The position numbers and the translations under genes were made by a program. Shown here in pieces: positions 19,967-29,777 of a stretch of DNA of 64,000 nucleotides (its first letter is position 1; the number at the start of each line of letters is the position of its first letter). The notes below the pieces were generated by a model that was not told the origin of the DNA, made no database searches, and saw only the letters and a list, made by a program, of their open reading frames with translations. This stretch comes from Vicinamibacteria bacterium (lineage in GTDB: Bacteria; Acidobacteriota; Vicinamibacteria; Marinacidobacterales; Marinacidobacteraceae), in assembly GCA_963668695.2 (NCBI GenBank), contig CAXXLQ010000004.1, positions 2,656,001 through 2,720,000 on the forward strand, in the 5' to 3' direction.

Positions 19967-22147
19967 TTACGGAGTCGCCGGCGAGCGGTCCTCGTGGGGC
20001 ACGAGCCGGACCGCCCAGAGGCCGCTGTTGAAGTCCGAGAAGAAAATGGTGCCCTTGTGGGGCTGTGGGCCCCAGACGAAGGGTGCGTTCGCGATGAATC
20101 CGTCCGGATCGTCCGAATAGAACTTCGCGACTTCCCGGCCCTGCCGGTAGAGGTCGCCGACGAGCTCCCCGGAGACGTCCACCACCCGGAGTCCCCCGTT
20201 GAAGTAGGCGACGTACATGAGGTCCTGCTCGGTGTCGATCCAGAGGTTGTGGGGCCCTGCCTCCGGCACCCGATACCGGGCGATCTCCACCGGGTTCTGG
20301 GGGTCGTCGAACTCGTTGAAGTGGATGAAACCCATCGCCCGGGAGGGCATTCGCTCCTGCCAGGAGATGATCGGACCGGGAATACGGGGATTGATTGGGT
20401 GGGATTCATCGCCGGTTACCACGTAGAAGCGGTCCGCCGAACGGCTCCGGAAGGGCCAGATGGCGTGGTTCCACCCGGTGAGCTGATAGAGACGGCCCAT
20501 CTCGACGGGGTTCTGCGGCGAGCCGCCCATGCCGCCGCCGCCCACGTCCACGACGACCATTCCATCGGTGTTTCCCGCCTGGAAGGCGATCCCGTCATGG
20601 ATCCAGACGTCATGAACGCTGCGTCCGGGGCGGGGGTCCTCGAACCGGGACACCCGGAAAGGGTTCCTGGGATCCTCGGCGTTCACCACGTCCCAGCGCC
20701 GGCCGTTGTTGATGGCGTAGATGTGCCCCTCGTGGAAGAACACGTTGTGGACGCCGCCCGTCAGCTCGTCGTCGAAGCGCGACAGGATCTCGGGGTTCCG
20801 CGGGTCGGAAACGTCCAGGATCACGAAACCGTTGCGGCGGTTCGAGGCGCCTTCCCGGGTGATGACGGCGATGGTCCCGTCGGCGGACACCTTCACGTCG
20901 TTCACGGTCCGGGCGTCCACCTGCACCTCCGAGATGCGCTGCATGTTCGCGGGATCGGTCACGTCGAAGAACAACGCGTGCCCGTCGGCGTTCCAGGTGC
21001 CGAGTGCGGCGTAGTCCCGCCCGTCGATCCCCTCCCAGATCCACAGATCGGAACTCGCGCGGTCACGCACGGGGGCGTGGCCGACGAACTCCATGGCCAT
21101 CCCGACGTCCCGGGGCACGACCCGGATCGCACGTTCGGAGCGCGCCGACCCGGAGGTGGCCGAGACCACGTAGAGCCCCGGCTGTTCGGCCACGAACCGG
21201 CCGTCGGCCAGCAGCTGGGCCGGCGCCCCCGCTCCCACCGTGTCGAAGCGACTCGGATCAGGATGGGACTCCAGCGAAAAGCGCACGGGAGCGTCGCCGA
21301 CATTCCCACCGCCGTCGCCCATGACGGACGCGGAGAACCGCACCACGTCTCCGGTCCGCACCGCGCCCGGTGGCGGGGCTCCGCCGTGCGAAGCGGTCAG
21401 CTCGAGGGACCGCGCCGGATTCGGGATGACCTCGATCTCCGCCTCCACCGAAAGTTCGCCCAGGCGCGCGCTCAGGGTTGCCCTGCCGGGAGCGAGCGCC
21501 CGGAAGACCCCGGCGGCGTCCCCGATGTAGGTCGAAGGCCGGGGCCGGTCGTAGAAGGGATGGGCGTGGTACGTGCCCTCGAACAGCGGACCGAAGGCGG
21601 TCACCGCGCCGACTTCCTCCGGCTGGACGGTGATTTCCGCCCGAACGTCGCGAGGCTCGGATCCCTCGTCCTCGGCGAGCAGCCGGATGGGAAGGCTCGC
21701 TCCGGCGATCACCTGCTCGGGCAAACCCACAAAGCGCAGGGTGGCGAGTTCGGAAGGGAGGATCTCGACGGGGATCTCCACCCGGATTCCAGGATCGTCG
21801 GGCCGGGTGAACCCCGGGGTGGTGCCGGCCGTTGGCGAAAGCGCCACCAGGGTGTGCCGGCCCGCCCGGTGGGCGCTGACCACTCCGGTGTGCGAGACGC
21901 TGACGTCGGCGGGGTCCAGCGAGAAGAAGAGCACCCGAGCCCCCGAGTCCGCGGTCCCGTCGGCGGCGGTGACGGTGGCCGTAACGCTCCCCGTCTGTCC
22001 CACCCGAAGCTGTAGGGATTCCGGGCTGACCGTGAGCTGCCGCTCCTGCTCCGGCGCTGCGGTGGCAAAGCCGACGAGGACCACACCGAACGTCAAGTAG
22101 CTCGGAACGGCCGAAATCACCCGCTGGTAGATCCGCTCGAACGTCAT
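19967..22147 (-). CDS. Secreted Ig-like plus LVIVD-repeat protein
   Basis: DVTDPANM, ILDVSDPRNP, VVVDV, GLRVVDVS repeats; N-terminal Ig-like beta-rich domains. Confidence 0.8.
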   Translation of the reverse strand: MTFERIYQRVISAVPSYLTFGVVLVGFATAAPEQERQLTVSPESLQLRVGQTGSVTATVTAADGTADSGARVLFFSLDPADVSVSHTGVVSAHRAGRHTLVALSPTAGTTPGFTRPDDPGIRVEIPVEILPSELATLRFVGLPEQVIAGASLPIRLLAEDEGSEPRDVRAEITVQPEEVGAVTAFGPLFEGTYHAHPFYDRPRPSTYIGDAAGVFRALAPGRATLSARLGELSVEAEIEVIPNPARSLELTASHGGAPPPGAVRTGDVVRFSASVMGDGGGNVGDAPVRFSLESHPDPSRFDTVGAGAPAQLLADGRFVAEQPGLYVVSATSGSARSERAIRVVPRDVGMAMEFVGHAPVRDRASSDLWIWEGIDGRDYAALGTWNADGHALFFDVTDPANMQRISEVQVDARTVNDVKVSADGTIAVITREGASNRRNGFVILDVSDPRNPEILSRFDDELTGGVHNVFFHEGHIYAINNGRRWDVVNAEDPRNPFRVSRFEDPRPGRSVHDVWIHDGIAFQAGNTDGMVVVDVGGGGMGGSPQNPVEMGRLYQLTGWNHAIWPFRSRSADRFYVVTGDESHPINPRIPGPIISWQERMPSRAMGFIHFNEFDDPQNPVEIARYRVPEAGPHNLWIDTEQDLMYVAYFNGGLRVVDVSGELVGDLYRQGREVAKFYSDDPDGFIANAPFVWGPQPHKGTIFFSDFNSGLWAVRLVPHEDRSPATP

Positions 22148-22290
22148 CGTTCAAGGGTAAGTCAAGAGACGGCGCCCCGGCCAAGCCGTTCCGGGAGCCG
22201 GTCCGCTCCGCACTCTGGCTCAGCAACTTTCCGCGGCGATGAAGAATTCGGGTCTCTCCTGCGTAGTCCCTCTATAGAAGCCGACAGAAG

Positions 22291-22902
22291 TTGAACGACC
22301 AGACCCCTACCGAGGTGACTCCCGGCAGCGGCCGGCCCGGCGCGCCCGACCCCGAGGAGCAGGAGTGGATCCGGCGCTGCCGGAACGGCAGCCGCCGCGC
22401 CTACGAGCCGCTGGTCCGCCGCTATGCCCGCTGGGCCGAGTCCTACGCCTTCCGCCGCGTCGGAGACCGGGACGAGGCGCGCGATCTGGCGCAGGAGGCC
22501 TTCGCCCGCGCCTTCCACGCGATGCCGCGGTTTCGCCTTGGGCGCCCCTTTCTTCCGTGGTTTCTGACGATTCTTGACAACGTCTGCCGGAGCTATCTGC
22601 GCCGGCGCCGGCCCGAAATCGGGCTTGACCATGTCCCGGAACCCGCCTCCGACGGCGGCATGCGTGCGGTGGGCCAGCGCCTTTTGCTGGAACGCGGCCT
22701 CCGCGGCCTTTCCGAGGAGCAGCGCCGGGTGGTCGTGATGCGGGATCTGGAGGGATACGTCCACCGCGAGGTGGCCGAGCGACTCGGTATTCCCCAAGGA
22801 ACGGTCATGTCTCGTCTGCACGCCGCCCGCAGGAAGCTGCGGCGCATTCTCGCCGGTGAGCGGCCCGGTCGGCCCCGCCGACCAAAGGAGGGATCGCAAT
22901 GA
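22291..22902 (+). CDS. ECF RNA polymerase sigma-70 factor
   Basis: DLAQEAF, F.PW..I..N, EVAERLGIPQGTVMSRLH.AR. Confidence 0.92.
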   Translation: MNDQTPTEVTPGSGRPGAPDPEEQEWIRRCRNGSRRAYEPLVRRYARWAESYAFRRVGDRDEARDLAQEAFARAFHAMPRFRLGRPFLPWFLTILDNVCRSYLRRRRPEIGLDHVPEPASDGGMRAVGQRLLLERGLRGLSEEQRRVVVMRDLEGYVHREVAERLGIPQGTVMSRLHAARRKLRRILAGERPGRPRRPKEGSQ

Positions 22903-23282
22903 ACGATCACGATGCCAACCGGGGCCCGGGAGCTTCGGGACGGATTCCCGAAGACGCTCCGGGCGCGGCCGATCTCGAAGCCCGTCCCGGCGACTGGGAC
23001 GACGCCGCCATGGACCGTTTCTGGCTCGGTGTCTATTCCCGGCTGGAACGGGGTCTTGCCTGGACGCTCGTTTCCGCCTCGACGGCGGTGCTGCTCGGTT
23101 ACTGGGCCTACGTGTTCGCGACCGAATTCATGGCCGAATTCATGGCCGACGCGTCCGTCCCGGCGATTGTCCGTTTTGGGACCGCCGGGCTGCTGCTCGG
23201 CATTCTCCTTCTCCTGCTGGGCGCGCTCCGTGAACGGATCCGCGCCCATTCCACCGACCCGTTTCGGAGGGTTCGACGATGA
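22899..23282 (+). CDS. 2-TM membrane protein, candidate anti-sigma factor
   Basis: Translationally coupled to the sigma factor gene; FWLGVYSRLER followed by two TM segments and a DPF tail. Confidence 0.65.
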   Translation: MNDHDANRGPGASGRIPEDAPGAADLEARPGDWDDAAMDRFWLGVYSRLERGLAWTLVSASTAVLLGYWAYVFATEFMAEFMADASVPAIVRFGTAGLLLGILLLLLGALRERIRAHSTDPFRRVRR

Positions 23283-23596
23283 TTGTATGTACCACCAACG
23301 AGGTTCCCGGCGCCGAGATCGCCGAGGTTCTGGGTGTGGCCCGCGGCAACACGATCCGCGCCCGCCACCTCGGCCGCGACATCATGGCCGGCCTCAAGGG
23401 GCTCGTCGGGGGCGAGGTCGAGTCCTATACGAAGCTCATGGCCGAAAGCCGCGAGCAGGCGATCGCCCGAATGATCGAGCATGCCGAGGCGCTCGGCGCC
23501 GACGCCATTCTCGGAATGCGGCTCACGACTTCCGTCTTGATGACTACCGCCGCCGAGATCCTTGCCTACGGCACCGCCGTGAAGCTGCGTAGGTAG
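23279..23596 (+). CDS. YbjQ/UPF0145 family protein
   Basis: RDIMAGLK..VGGE...Y, GADAI, AYGTAVK. Confidence 0.92.
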   Translation: MIVCTTNEVPGAEIAEVLGVARGNTIRARHLGRDIMAGLKGLVGGEVESYTKLMAESREQAIARMIEHAEALGADAILGMRLTTSVLMTTAAEILAYGTAVKLRR

Positions 23597-23600
23597 AGAA

Positions 23601-23819
23601 GGGAACGCCGGTGTTCACACCGGCATCGCTGCGCGAGAGCGCAGCGAAACCCGCGTACCGCTCCTCGCGCAGATGGCGCGCGGCAGCGGGAACGCCGGCC
23701 GCCGGCCGGCACCGCCCGCCGGAGGCGGGCGGACAACGTAAACCCTACGCACCCTCACGGCGCGCGACAGCGGAGCGCTGGCCTCCGGCCGGCATCGCCG
23801 CCCGCAGGGCCGCGAGACC
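23601..23819 (+). repeat. Cluster of three direct REP-like units (BIME-like, ~85-bp period)
   Basis: GGGAACGCCGG..CCGGCA at 23601 and 23688, GGAGCGCTGG..CCGGCA at 23772, each followed by a GC hairpin. Confidence 0.8.
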
Positions 23820-23864
23820 GCGTACCCCCCGATCCGCGTCCACAGCAGATAGGCTAGGAAAGCC

Positions 23865-24356
23865 ATGTCCGATATCGGCCCGCCGGAGCGTGATCGCGGA
23901 CGCTTCCATGAGGATTTCCACGTCGGCCAGCGGATCGTGCATCCTTTGGGCCGCACCATCCTGTCGACCGACAACTCCTGGTTCTCGCTGCTCACCCAGA
24001 ACCAGAACCCGATCCACATCGACCACCACCACAGCGAGCGCACCCCGTTCGGCAAGCCGCTCGTGAACTCGTGCCTCACGCTGGCGCTCGCCACCGGTCA
24101 GTCGGTGAACGACCTCACCCGGAACGTGATGGCGAACCTCGGCTGGGAGGAGGTGCGGCTGCCCGCGCCGCTGTTCGAAGGCGACACGCTGTACTCGGAG
24201 AGCGAAGTGCTCGCTACCCGGGAATCCCGCTCTCGTCCGGAAGCCGGGATCGTGACCGTCCGCACCCGCGGGAAGAATCAGGACGGCGTGGTGGTGATCG
24301 AGTTCCGGCGCACGTTCCTGATCTGGAAGCGCGACCACGCGCCGCGAGGACGCTGA
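23865..24356 (+). CDS. MaoC family dehydratase
   Basis: FHEDFHVG, DN..F..LT.NQNPIH.D, P..EGDTL, NQDG. Confidence 0.9.
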   Translation: MSDIGPPERDRGRFHEDFHVGQRIVHPLGRTILSTDNSWFSLLTQNQNPIHIDHHHSERTPFGKPLVNSCLTLALATGQSVNDLTRNVMANLGWEEVRLPAPLFEGDTLYSESEVLATRESRSRPEAGIVTVRTRGKNQDGVVVIEFRRTFLIWKRDHAPRGR

Positions 24357-24363
24357 ACTCAGC

Positions 24364-24541
24364 GAATTTCGCTCGCTTCCAGCGGGCGATGCCGGTCTGA
24401 TCTGAGGGCCCCCGCCGGGAGGATCGGCCGGCGCTCGTGGACTAGGTCGGTGCGAGAGGAGTGAATAGGACGTGAGTTTCGCGGCCTGCGGCCGCGATGC
24501 CGGTCTGAAGGCCCCCACCGGGAGGACTGGCCGGCGCTCCT
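24364..24541 (-). repeat. Two REP-like units, each carrying a micro-module (24407-24429, 24510-24532)
   Basis: Reverse strand GGAGCGCC-GGCCAGTCCTCCCGGTGGGGGCC-TTCAGACCGGCA-TCGCGGCCGCAGGCCGCGA-AAC and a variant. Confidence 0.8.
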
Positions 24542-24543
24542 GG

Positions 24544-26232
24544 CTAGCGCGACGCTCCGCTCTCGCCCCGTAGCATCGCCACCATCTTGGCGGCGTGAGG
24601 CGGCGGAGACCCGGTGCGGCTGACGAACCAGGTCACACCGAAGTTGATCAGCATCCCGAAGGTGCCGATGCCCTCCGGACTGATTCCGAACCACCACGCC
24701 TCGGGGCCGCTCCATTCGAAGATCTTGAACCAGCCGATATAGACGGCGGTGAACCCGGTCCCCGCGATCATGCCGGCGACGGCGCCCCGGGCGGTCACCC
24801 ACGTCGTAAAGACCCCCAGTACCAGCGCCGGGAAGAAGCTGGCGGCGGCCAGGCCGAAGGCGAACGCCACGACGGCAGCGACGTAATCGGGCGGATAAAT
24901 ACCCACGATGATCGCCACCACACACGCTCCGGCGGCCGACAGCCGCGCAGCGATGAGTTCCTTCCGCTCGCTCATCCCGGGCCGCAGGAAGCTCTTCAGC
25001 AGGTCGTGGGACACAGAAGCGGAAATGACCAGCAGAAGCCCCGCCGCGGTGGAAAGCGCCGCCGCCAGGCCGCCCGCAGCCACCAGCCCCACCACCCACG
25101 CCGGCAGTTCGGCGATTTCCGGGTTGGCGAGGACCATGATGTCCCGGTCGATGAACAGCTCGGCGCCGGCTCCTTCGCCGTACTGGATGAGGCCGTCGCC
25201 GTTCACGTCGGTGAACCGGATGAGGCCGGTTGCCTCCCAGTTCCGGAACCAATCAGGGGCTTCGGCGATGGGCCTGTTGTGGAGGGTCTGGATCATGTTG
25301 ACCCGGGCGAAGGCCGCCACCGCCGGCGCGGTCGTATAGAGGATGGCGATGAAGAAGAGCGCCCACATCACGCTCCAGCGCGCGAGGCGCGCGCTCTTTA
25401 CCGTGTAGAAACGGATCAGCACATGCGGAAGCCCGGCGGTGCCGGTCATGAGCGCCAGGGTGATCGCGAAGACATCGGGCAGCGTCTTTTTCCCGGCGAG
25501 GAACGCTCCGGTGTATTCGGGTAACCCGAGGTCCGTATGGATCTGGTCGATCGCCCGCAGCAGGAACACCCCCGCGCGTTCGCCCTCGATCAGCGGGGAG
25601 CCGAACCCGATCTGCGGGATCGGGTTGCCGGTCATCATCCAGGAGATGGCGCCGGCGGGGATGAGGAACGCAACGATGAGCACGCAGTACTGGGCCACCT
25701 GGGTGTAGGTGATCCCCCGCATGCCCCCGAGCGTCGCGTAGAGCAGCACGATGACCCCGCCGATCACCACGCCGTACTCCACCGGAATCGTCAGGAACCG
25801 GGAGAAGACCACCCCAACCCCGCGCATCTGCCCCGCCACGTAGGTGAAGGAGATGAACACCGCGCAGACGACCGCGGTCATCCGGGCAGCGTGGGAGGCG
25901 AACCGGTCCCCCACGAACTCCGGGATCGTGTAGCGGCCGTAGCGGCGCAGGTAGGGCGCTACCAGCAGGGCCAGGAGGACGTAGCCGCCGGTCCACCCCA
26001 TGAGGTAGATCGCCCCGTCGTAGCCCATGAAAGAGATGAGCCCGGCCATGGAGATGAACGATGCCGCGCTCATCCAGTCCGCTCCGGTCGCCATGCCGTT
26101 GGCTACTGCAGAGACGCCCCGGCCGGCGACATAGAAGCCGGAGGTGGTCTGCACCCGGCTCGCTATCGCGATGGTGCTGTAGAGGGCGAAGCTCCCGACC
26201 ACGAAGACGAGGGTCCAGCCGGCGATGCTCAC
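24544..26232 (-). CDS. Sodium:solute symporter (ActP-like)
   Basis: ADWMSAASF, GGMRGITYTQVAQY, GTAGLPH, GGLAAALST. Confidence 0.92.
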   Translation of the reverse strand: MSIAGWTLVFVVGSFALYSTIAIASRVQTTSGFYVAGRGVSAVANGMATGADWMSAASFISMAGLISFMGYDGAIYLMGWTGGYVLLALLVAPYLRRYGRYTIPEFVGDRFASHAARMTAVVCAVFISFTYVAGQMRGVGVVFSRFLTIPVEYGVVIGGVIVLLYATLGGMRGITYTQVAQYCVLIVAFLIPAGAISWMMTGNPIPQIGFGSPLIEGERAGVFLLRAIDQIHTDLGLPEYTGAFLAGKKTLPDVFAITLALMTGTAGLPHVLIRFYTVKSARLARWSVMWALFFIAILYTTAPAVAAFARVNMIQTLHNRPIAEAPDWFRNWEATGLIRFTDVNGDGLIQYGEGAGAELFIDRDIMVLANPEIAELPAWVVGLVAAGGLAAALSTAAGLLLVISASVSHDLLKSFLRPGMSERKELIAARLSAAGACVVAIIVGIYPPDYVAAVVAFAFGLAAASFFPALVLGVFTTWVTARGAVAGMIAGTGFTAVYIGWFKIFEWSGPEAWWFGISPEGIGTFGMLINFGVTWFVSRTGSPPPHAAKMVAMLRGESGASR

Positions 26233-26582
26233 GACGATTCCTCACCGTCATCGGACCGGTCGGCGTCCCGTTCGATCCGGTCCATGGCGATCGCGTTCAC
26301 GAGCAGCAGGACCAGAAAGATCACGATCGAGCCCTGTTGGGCGAACCAGAACCCCAGCGGGAACCCGCCGACCCAGATCCGGTTGAGCGGTTCGGCGAGC
26401 AGCACCCCGAGGCCCAGCGAGGCGGTGAACCAGATCGCCAGGAGGATGCCGATCAGGCGAAGGCTGCGCTTCCAGGGACCGGCGCTTGGGTGGGGGGCGG
26501 GCACGGTGGACCGACGAATGGTGCGGCAGGAAGACGGGCGTCCGCAAGGGGGCGGGCTCCGCAACGCCCGGGGATCGATCAA
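26229..26582 (-). CDS. DUF4212 small partner protein of the symporter
   Basis: GGFPLGFWFAQQGS; start uncertain (probably shorter). Confidence 0.85.
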   Translation of the reverse strand: MIDPRALRSPPPCGRPSSCRTIRRSTVPAPHPSAGPWKRSLRLIGILLAIWFTASLGLGVLLAEPLNRIWVGGFPLGFWFAQQGSIVIFLVLLLVNAIAMDRIERDADRSDDGEESS

Positions 26583-26750
26583 TCGGTCCAGGAAGGCGAA
26601 GCCCTGAACCGGGGTCCTTGGGGCTCGCCAGCACCCGATGAGGAACAGATTGGGGTGTCGCTACCCGACGCGGCCGGTTCGGGAGGGGGATGGAACCTGC
26701 GGGACGCCTTTAACGAACTCGGCCCGTGGGCGGCAGCGCCCACCCCGTAG

Positions 26751-28112
26751 TCAACTCCCGGCTCGCCACTCAACGGTCGCGCCGCACCGGATCAAGGCGG
26801 TCGCGTCCACGAAGTCGAACATGGCGAAAGTCTCGGACTGGCCCGCGGCCAAGCCGGTTACATGGTCGAACCCGGCGTATTCGCCGTTCACATAGCTCCG
26901 GACGGTGGCAAAGCCCAGTGCTTGATGGGCGCGCACCTCTCCTTCAATGTTCACCCGTACCCTGCTCGTGGTGAAAGATTCCGTTTCGCACTTGCTGATC
27001 GTGATGGTTGCGGGGCCGCCCCCGTCACCGACTGTTATCGGAACCCGCAATTCCGCGCTGAGGCCTTCGGGATCGGTTGCGGTCACGGCGATCGTGGCGG
27101 TTCCCGCATTTACCGGACGAAGAGCGAGGGAGAGTTCCGCTCCGGAGTCGTCGACCCGCATCACCCGCACGACGTCGCGGTTCGTCGAAGTCGCAGCATA
27201 GACGAGGGGATCGCCGTTCGGATCATGGAAGATGGGATCGCGGAAAGGAGCGCCCTCAAGGTTCACCAGTACATCACCGCCCTCCGCGAGCGCAAAAACC
27301 TTCGCAGTGTTCCCGGCGCGCGGGGGAGCGTTCCCCACCTTTATCTCGAAGGACTGCGATGCGCTCAGTCCGTCTGGATCGGTGGCGGTGACCTGGATCA
27401 GAGTGGTCCCGTCACTAACCGGCGTGATTTCCAGTCGGTTCCCCGAAACGACCACGCGCGCGACACTTTCCCTGCTGGAAGTGGCCGTGTAGGTCAGGGA
27501 ATCCTCGTCGGGATCCTGGAAGTTCCGCGACAGATCCAGTGTTAGTGGACTTCCGCCCGCATTGAGGATCTGATCCGGAACACTCCCCACCCAGACGGGC
27601 GCGCCGTTCGACCCTCCTGACTGGCCTCCTGACTGGCCTCCTGACTGGGTGGTGGCCTCCCGGGTGATCAACCCCAGGGTCACTACGCCGTCGACGATGA
27701 TGCACTGGACGGCTTGGCACCGGTAGGTGTCGTCGCTCGTCTGGACCCACCCGAAGTATTCCAGGGTAATGGTGAGTGATTCGCCAATTGAACTGATCGT
27801 TCCGTTGAAGACATCCGGCAGCGCCACACTCGTCGGGAAGCCCGGGATCGTGTCACCCACCGTGAACGAGCCGACCGCATCGCCGACCGCGCCGACCGCG
27901 CCGCCGACCGCGCCGCCGACCGCGCCGAGCGCATCGCCGACCGCTTCAAGGGGCGCGATCAGCCCGTCGGCTGCCCCGCATGCGGTGTTCATCCCTCCCG
28001 CGGCAAGCAGGGATGCGATAGCGAGACTTCGAATGAGGCTTGGAAGACTGGCTCGCCCGAAAACGGAGTGCGGCCGGTTGGGTGGATCAAATCCGGCAGC
28101 ACTCACGCTCAT
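26751..28112 (-). CDS. Secreted/lipoprotein with Ig-like (cadherin-like) repeats
   Basis: Two N.AP..F.DP.GD.L.Y.ATS..VTATDP.GLSA repeats; low-complexity VGGA and QSGG linkers encoded by tandem DNA repeats (~27871-27923, ~27613-27648); somewhat lower GC; start uncertain. Confidence 0.75.
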   Translation of the reverse strand: MSVSAAGFDPPNRPHSVFGRASLPSLIRSLAIASLLAAGGMNTACGAADGLIAPLEAVGDALGAVGGAVGGAVGAVGDAVGSFTVGDTIPGFPTSVALPDVFNGTISSIGESLTITLEYFGWVQTSDDTYRCQAVQCIIVDGVVTLGLITREATTQSGGQSGGQSGGSNGAPVWVGSVPDQILNAGGSPLTLDLSRNFQDPDEDSLTYTATSSRESVARVVVSGNRLEITPVSDGTTLIQVTATDPDGLSASQSFEIKVGNAPPRAGNTAKVFALAEGGDVLVNLEGAPFRDPIFHDPNGDPLVYAATSTNRDVVRVMRVDDSGAELSLALRPVNAGTATIAVTATDPEGLSAELRVPITVGDGGGPATITISKCETESFTTSRVRVNIEGEVRAHQALGFATVRSYVNGEYAGFDHVTGLAAGQSETFAMFDFVDATALIRCGATVEWRAGS

Positions 28113-28428
28113 TGGTTCGGCGCCCGGAAGATCCCTTGCCGGGCACGCGATGGCCGAAAGCGACAAGTCGTGCCCTGATTGGAACTGCACCACGCCACCT
28201 GTCGAAGGTACCGCATAGGCCTGCACGCGCGGCGAAGGGGCGTCGCCGCCGGGGTTGTCCCAGTCCGCCCGAGGCATCGCTGGCGAAAAGTCCTGGCTCC
28301 ACCCGCAGGTGCCTGATAAGAGCTGCGGCCGACATAGATGGCGGACGCGTGGCAGGGGCGTCGGTGCCCGATTGCGGGTGGAAGGGGCAGAGGCTATATG
28401 CTCGGTTGTCCGCAAAGGAGGGGACTCC

Positions 28429-29298
28429 GTGATTCCACCGTCTTTCGACTATCACGCTCCCGAGAATCTGGAGGAGGCGAGCCGGCTGCTGCTGGCCGAC
28501 CCCGAGGCCAAACTGTTGGCCGGGGGACACAGCCTCATCCCCATGATGCGGTTCCGCCTCGCGGAACCCACCGCGCTGGTGGACCTGCGGCGCATTCCCG
28601 GGCTCTCCGGAATCCGGGAGGACGGCGGTTCGCTGTGCATCGGGGCGATGACCCGCGAATCGGAGCTCGACAAATCCGAACTCGTCCGGAGCCGTTACCC
28701 GCTACTCGCCGACACGACGCGCGTCATCGCGGACCCGGTGGTGCGGAACCTGGCCACCGTCGGCGGGAACGTCGCTCACGCGGACCCGGGGAACGACCAT
28801 CCCGCGACGATGCTGGCCTACCGGGCGTCGTTCGTCGCCAGCGGCCCGTCCGGCCAGCGGACGGTCGCCGCTTCCGACTTCTTCACCGGGCCTTTCTCCA
28901 CCTGCCTGGAGGCGGGGGAGATCCTTACGGAGATCCGCATTCCGGCGTTCCGAGCCGGGGCGGGCGGCGCCTACCAGAAGTTCGAACGCAAGGTTGGTGA
29001 CTACGCCGTCGCGGCGGTCGCCGTCCAGGTTCAGCTCGCTGGTGGTCGAATCGCCAGCGCCGGGGTGGCTCTCACCAACGTCGGCCTGACCGCAATCCAG
29101 GCTGACGCGGCGGAAGCGGCGCTCATCGGCTCCGACGGGGGCGATGCCGCGCTCGACGCGGCGGCGGCAGCGGCGGCGGGTGCGGCGGACCCTGGCGACG
29201 ATCACCGGGGATCTGCCGATTACAAGCGCGCGTTGGTCCGCACGCTCACCTATCGGGCGGCGGCCAGCGCCCTCGCCCGGGCGAAGGAGGCGTCATGA
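28429..29298 (+). CDS. coxM: Aerobic CO dehydrogenase medium (FAD) subunit
   Basis: [20 protein letters not shown]; RBS AAAGGAGG before the GTG. Confidence 0.9.
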   Translation: MIPPSFDYHAPENLEEASRLLLADPEAKLLAGGHSLIPMMRFRLAEPTALVDLRRIPGLSGIREDGGSLCIGAMTRESELDKSELVRSRYPLLADTTRVIADPVVRNLATVGGNVAHADPGNDHPATMLAYRASFVASGPSGQRTVAASDFFTGPFSTCLEAGEILTEIRIPAFRAGAGGAYQKFERKVGDYAVAAVAVQVQLAGGRIASAGVALTNVGLTAIQADAAEAALIGSDGGDAALDAAAAAAAGAADPGDDHRGSADYKRALVRTLTYRAAASALARAKEAS

Positions 29299-29777
29299 GT
29301 TCCCACCGAATCAGCGTCACCATCAACGGTGAAGAGCACACGCGCGAGGTCGAAGCACGCCTGTTGCTCGTGCACTTCATCCGCGAGGACGTCGGCCTCA
29401 CCGGCACCCATATCGGGTGCGATACGACCTCGTGCGGCGCCTGCACGGTGCTCTTGGCCGGCGTACCGGCCAAGAGCTGTACGGTGTTCGCGGTGGCCGC
29501 GGACGGCTCCGAGGTCACGACCGTCGAAGGGCTCGCGAACGGTGGGCTCCATCCGGTTCAGCAGGGCTTCACGGAGAAGCACGGCCTGCAGTGCGGGTTC
29601 TGTACGCCGGGCATGATGCTGACCTCGAAGGCGCTCCTGGAGGAGAACCCGGATCCCACCGAAGCGGAGATCCGCTGGGGGATCTCCGGCAACCTGTGCC
29701 GCTGCACCGGCTACTTGAACATCGTGAAGGCCGTGCAGCGCGCCGCGGAACTGATGAAGGAGAACAGCGATGGCTGA
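29295..29777 (+). CDS. coxS: Aerobic CO dehydrogenase small (2Fe-2S) subunit
   Basis: [27 protein letters not shown]. Confidence 0.93.
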   Translation: MSSHRISVTINGEEHTREVEARLLLVHFIREDVGLTGTHIGCDTTSCGACTVLLAGVPAKSCTVFAVAADGSEVTTVEGLANGGLHPVQQGFTEKHGLQCGFCTPGMMLTSKALLEENPDPTEAEIRWGISGNLCRCTGYLNIVKAVQRAAELMKENSDG

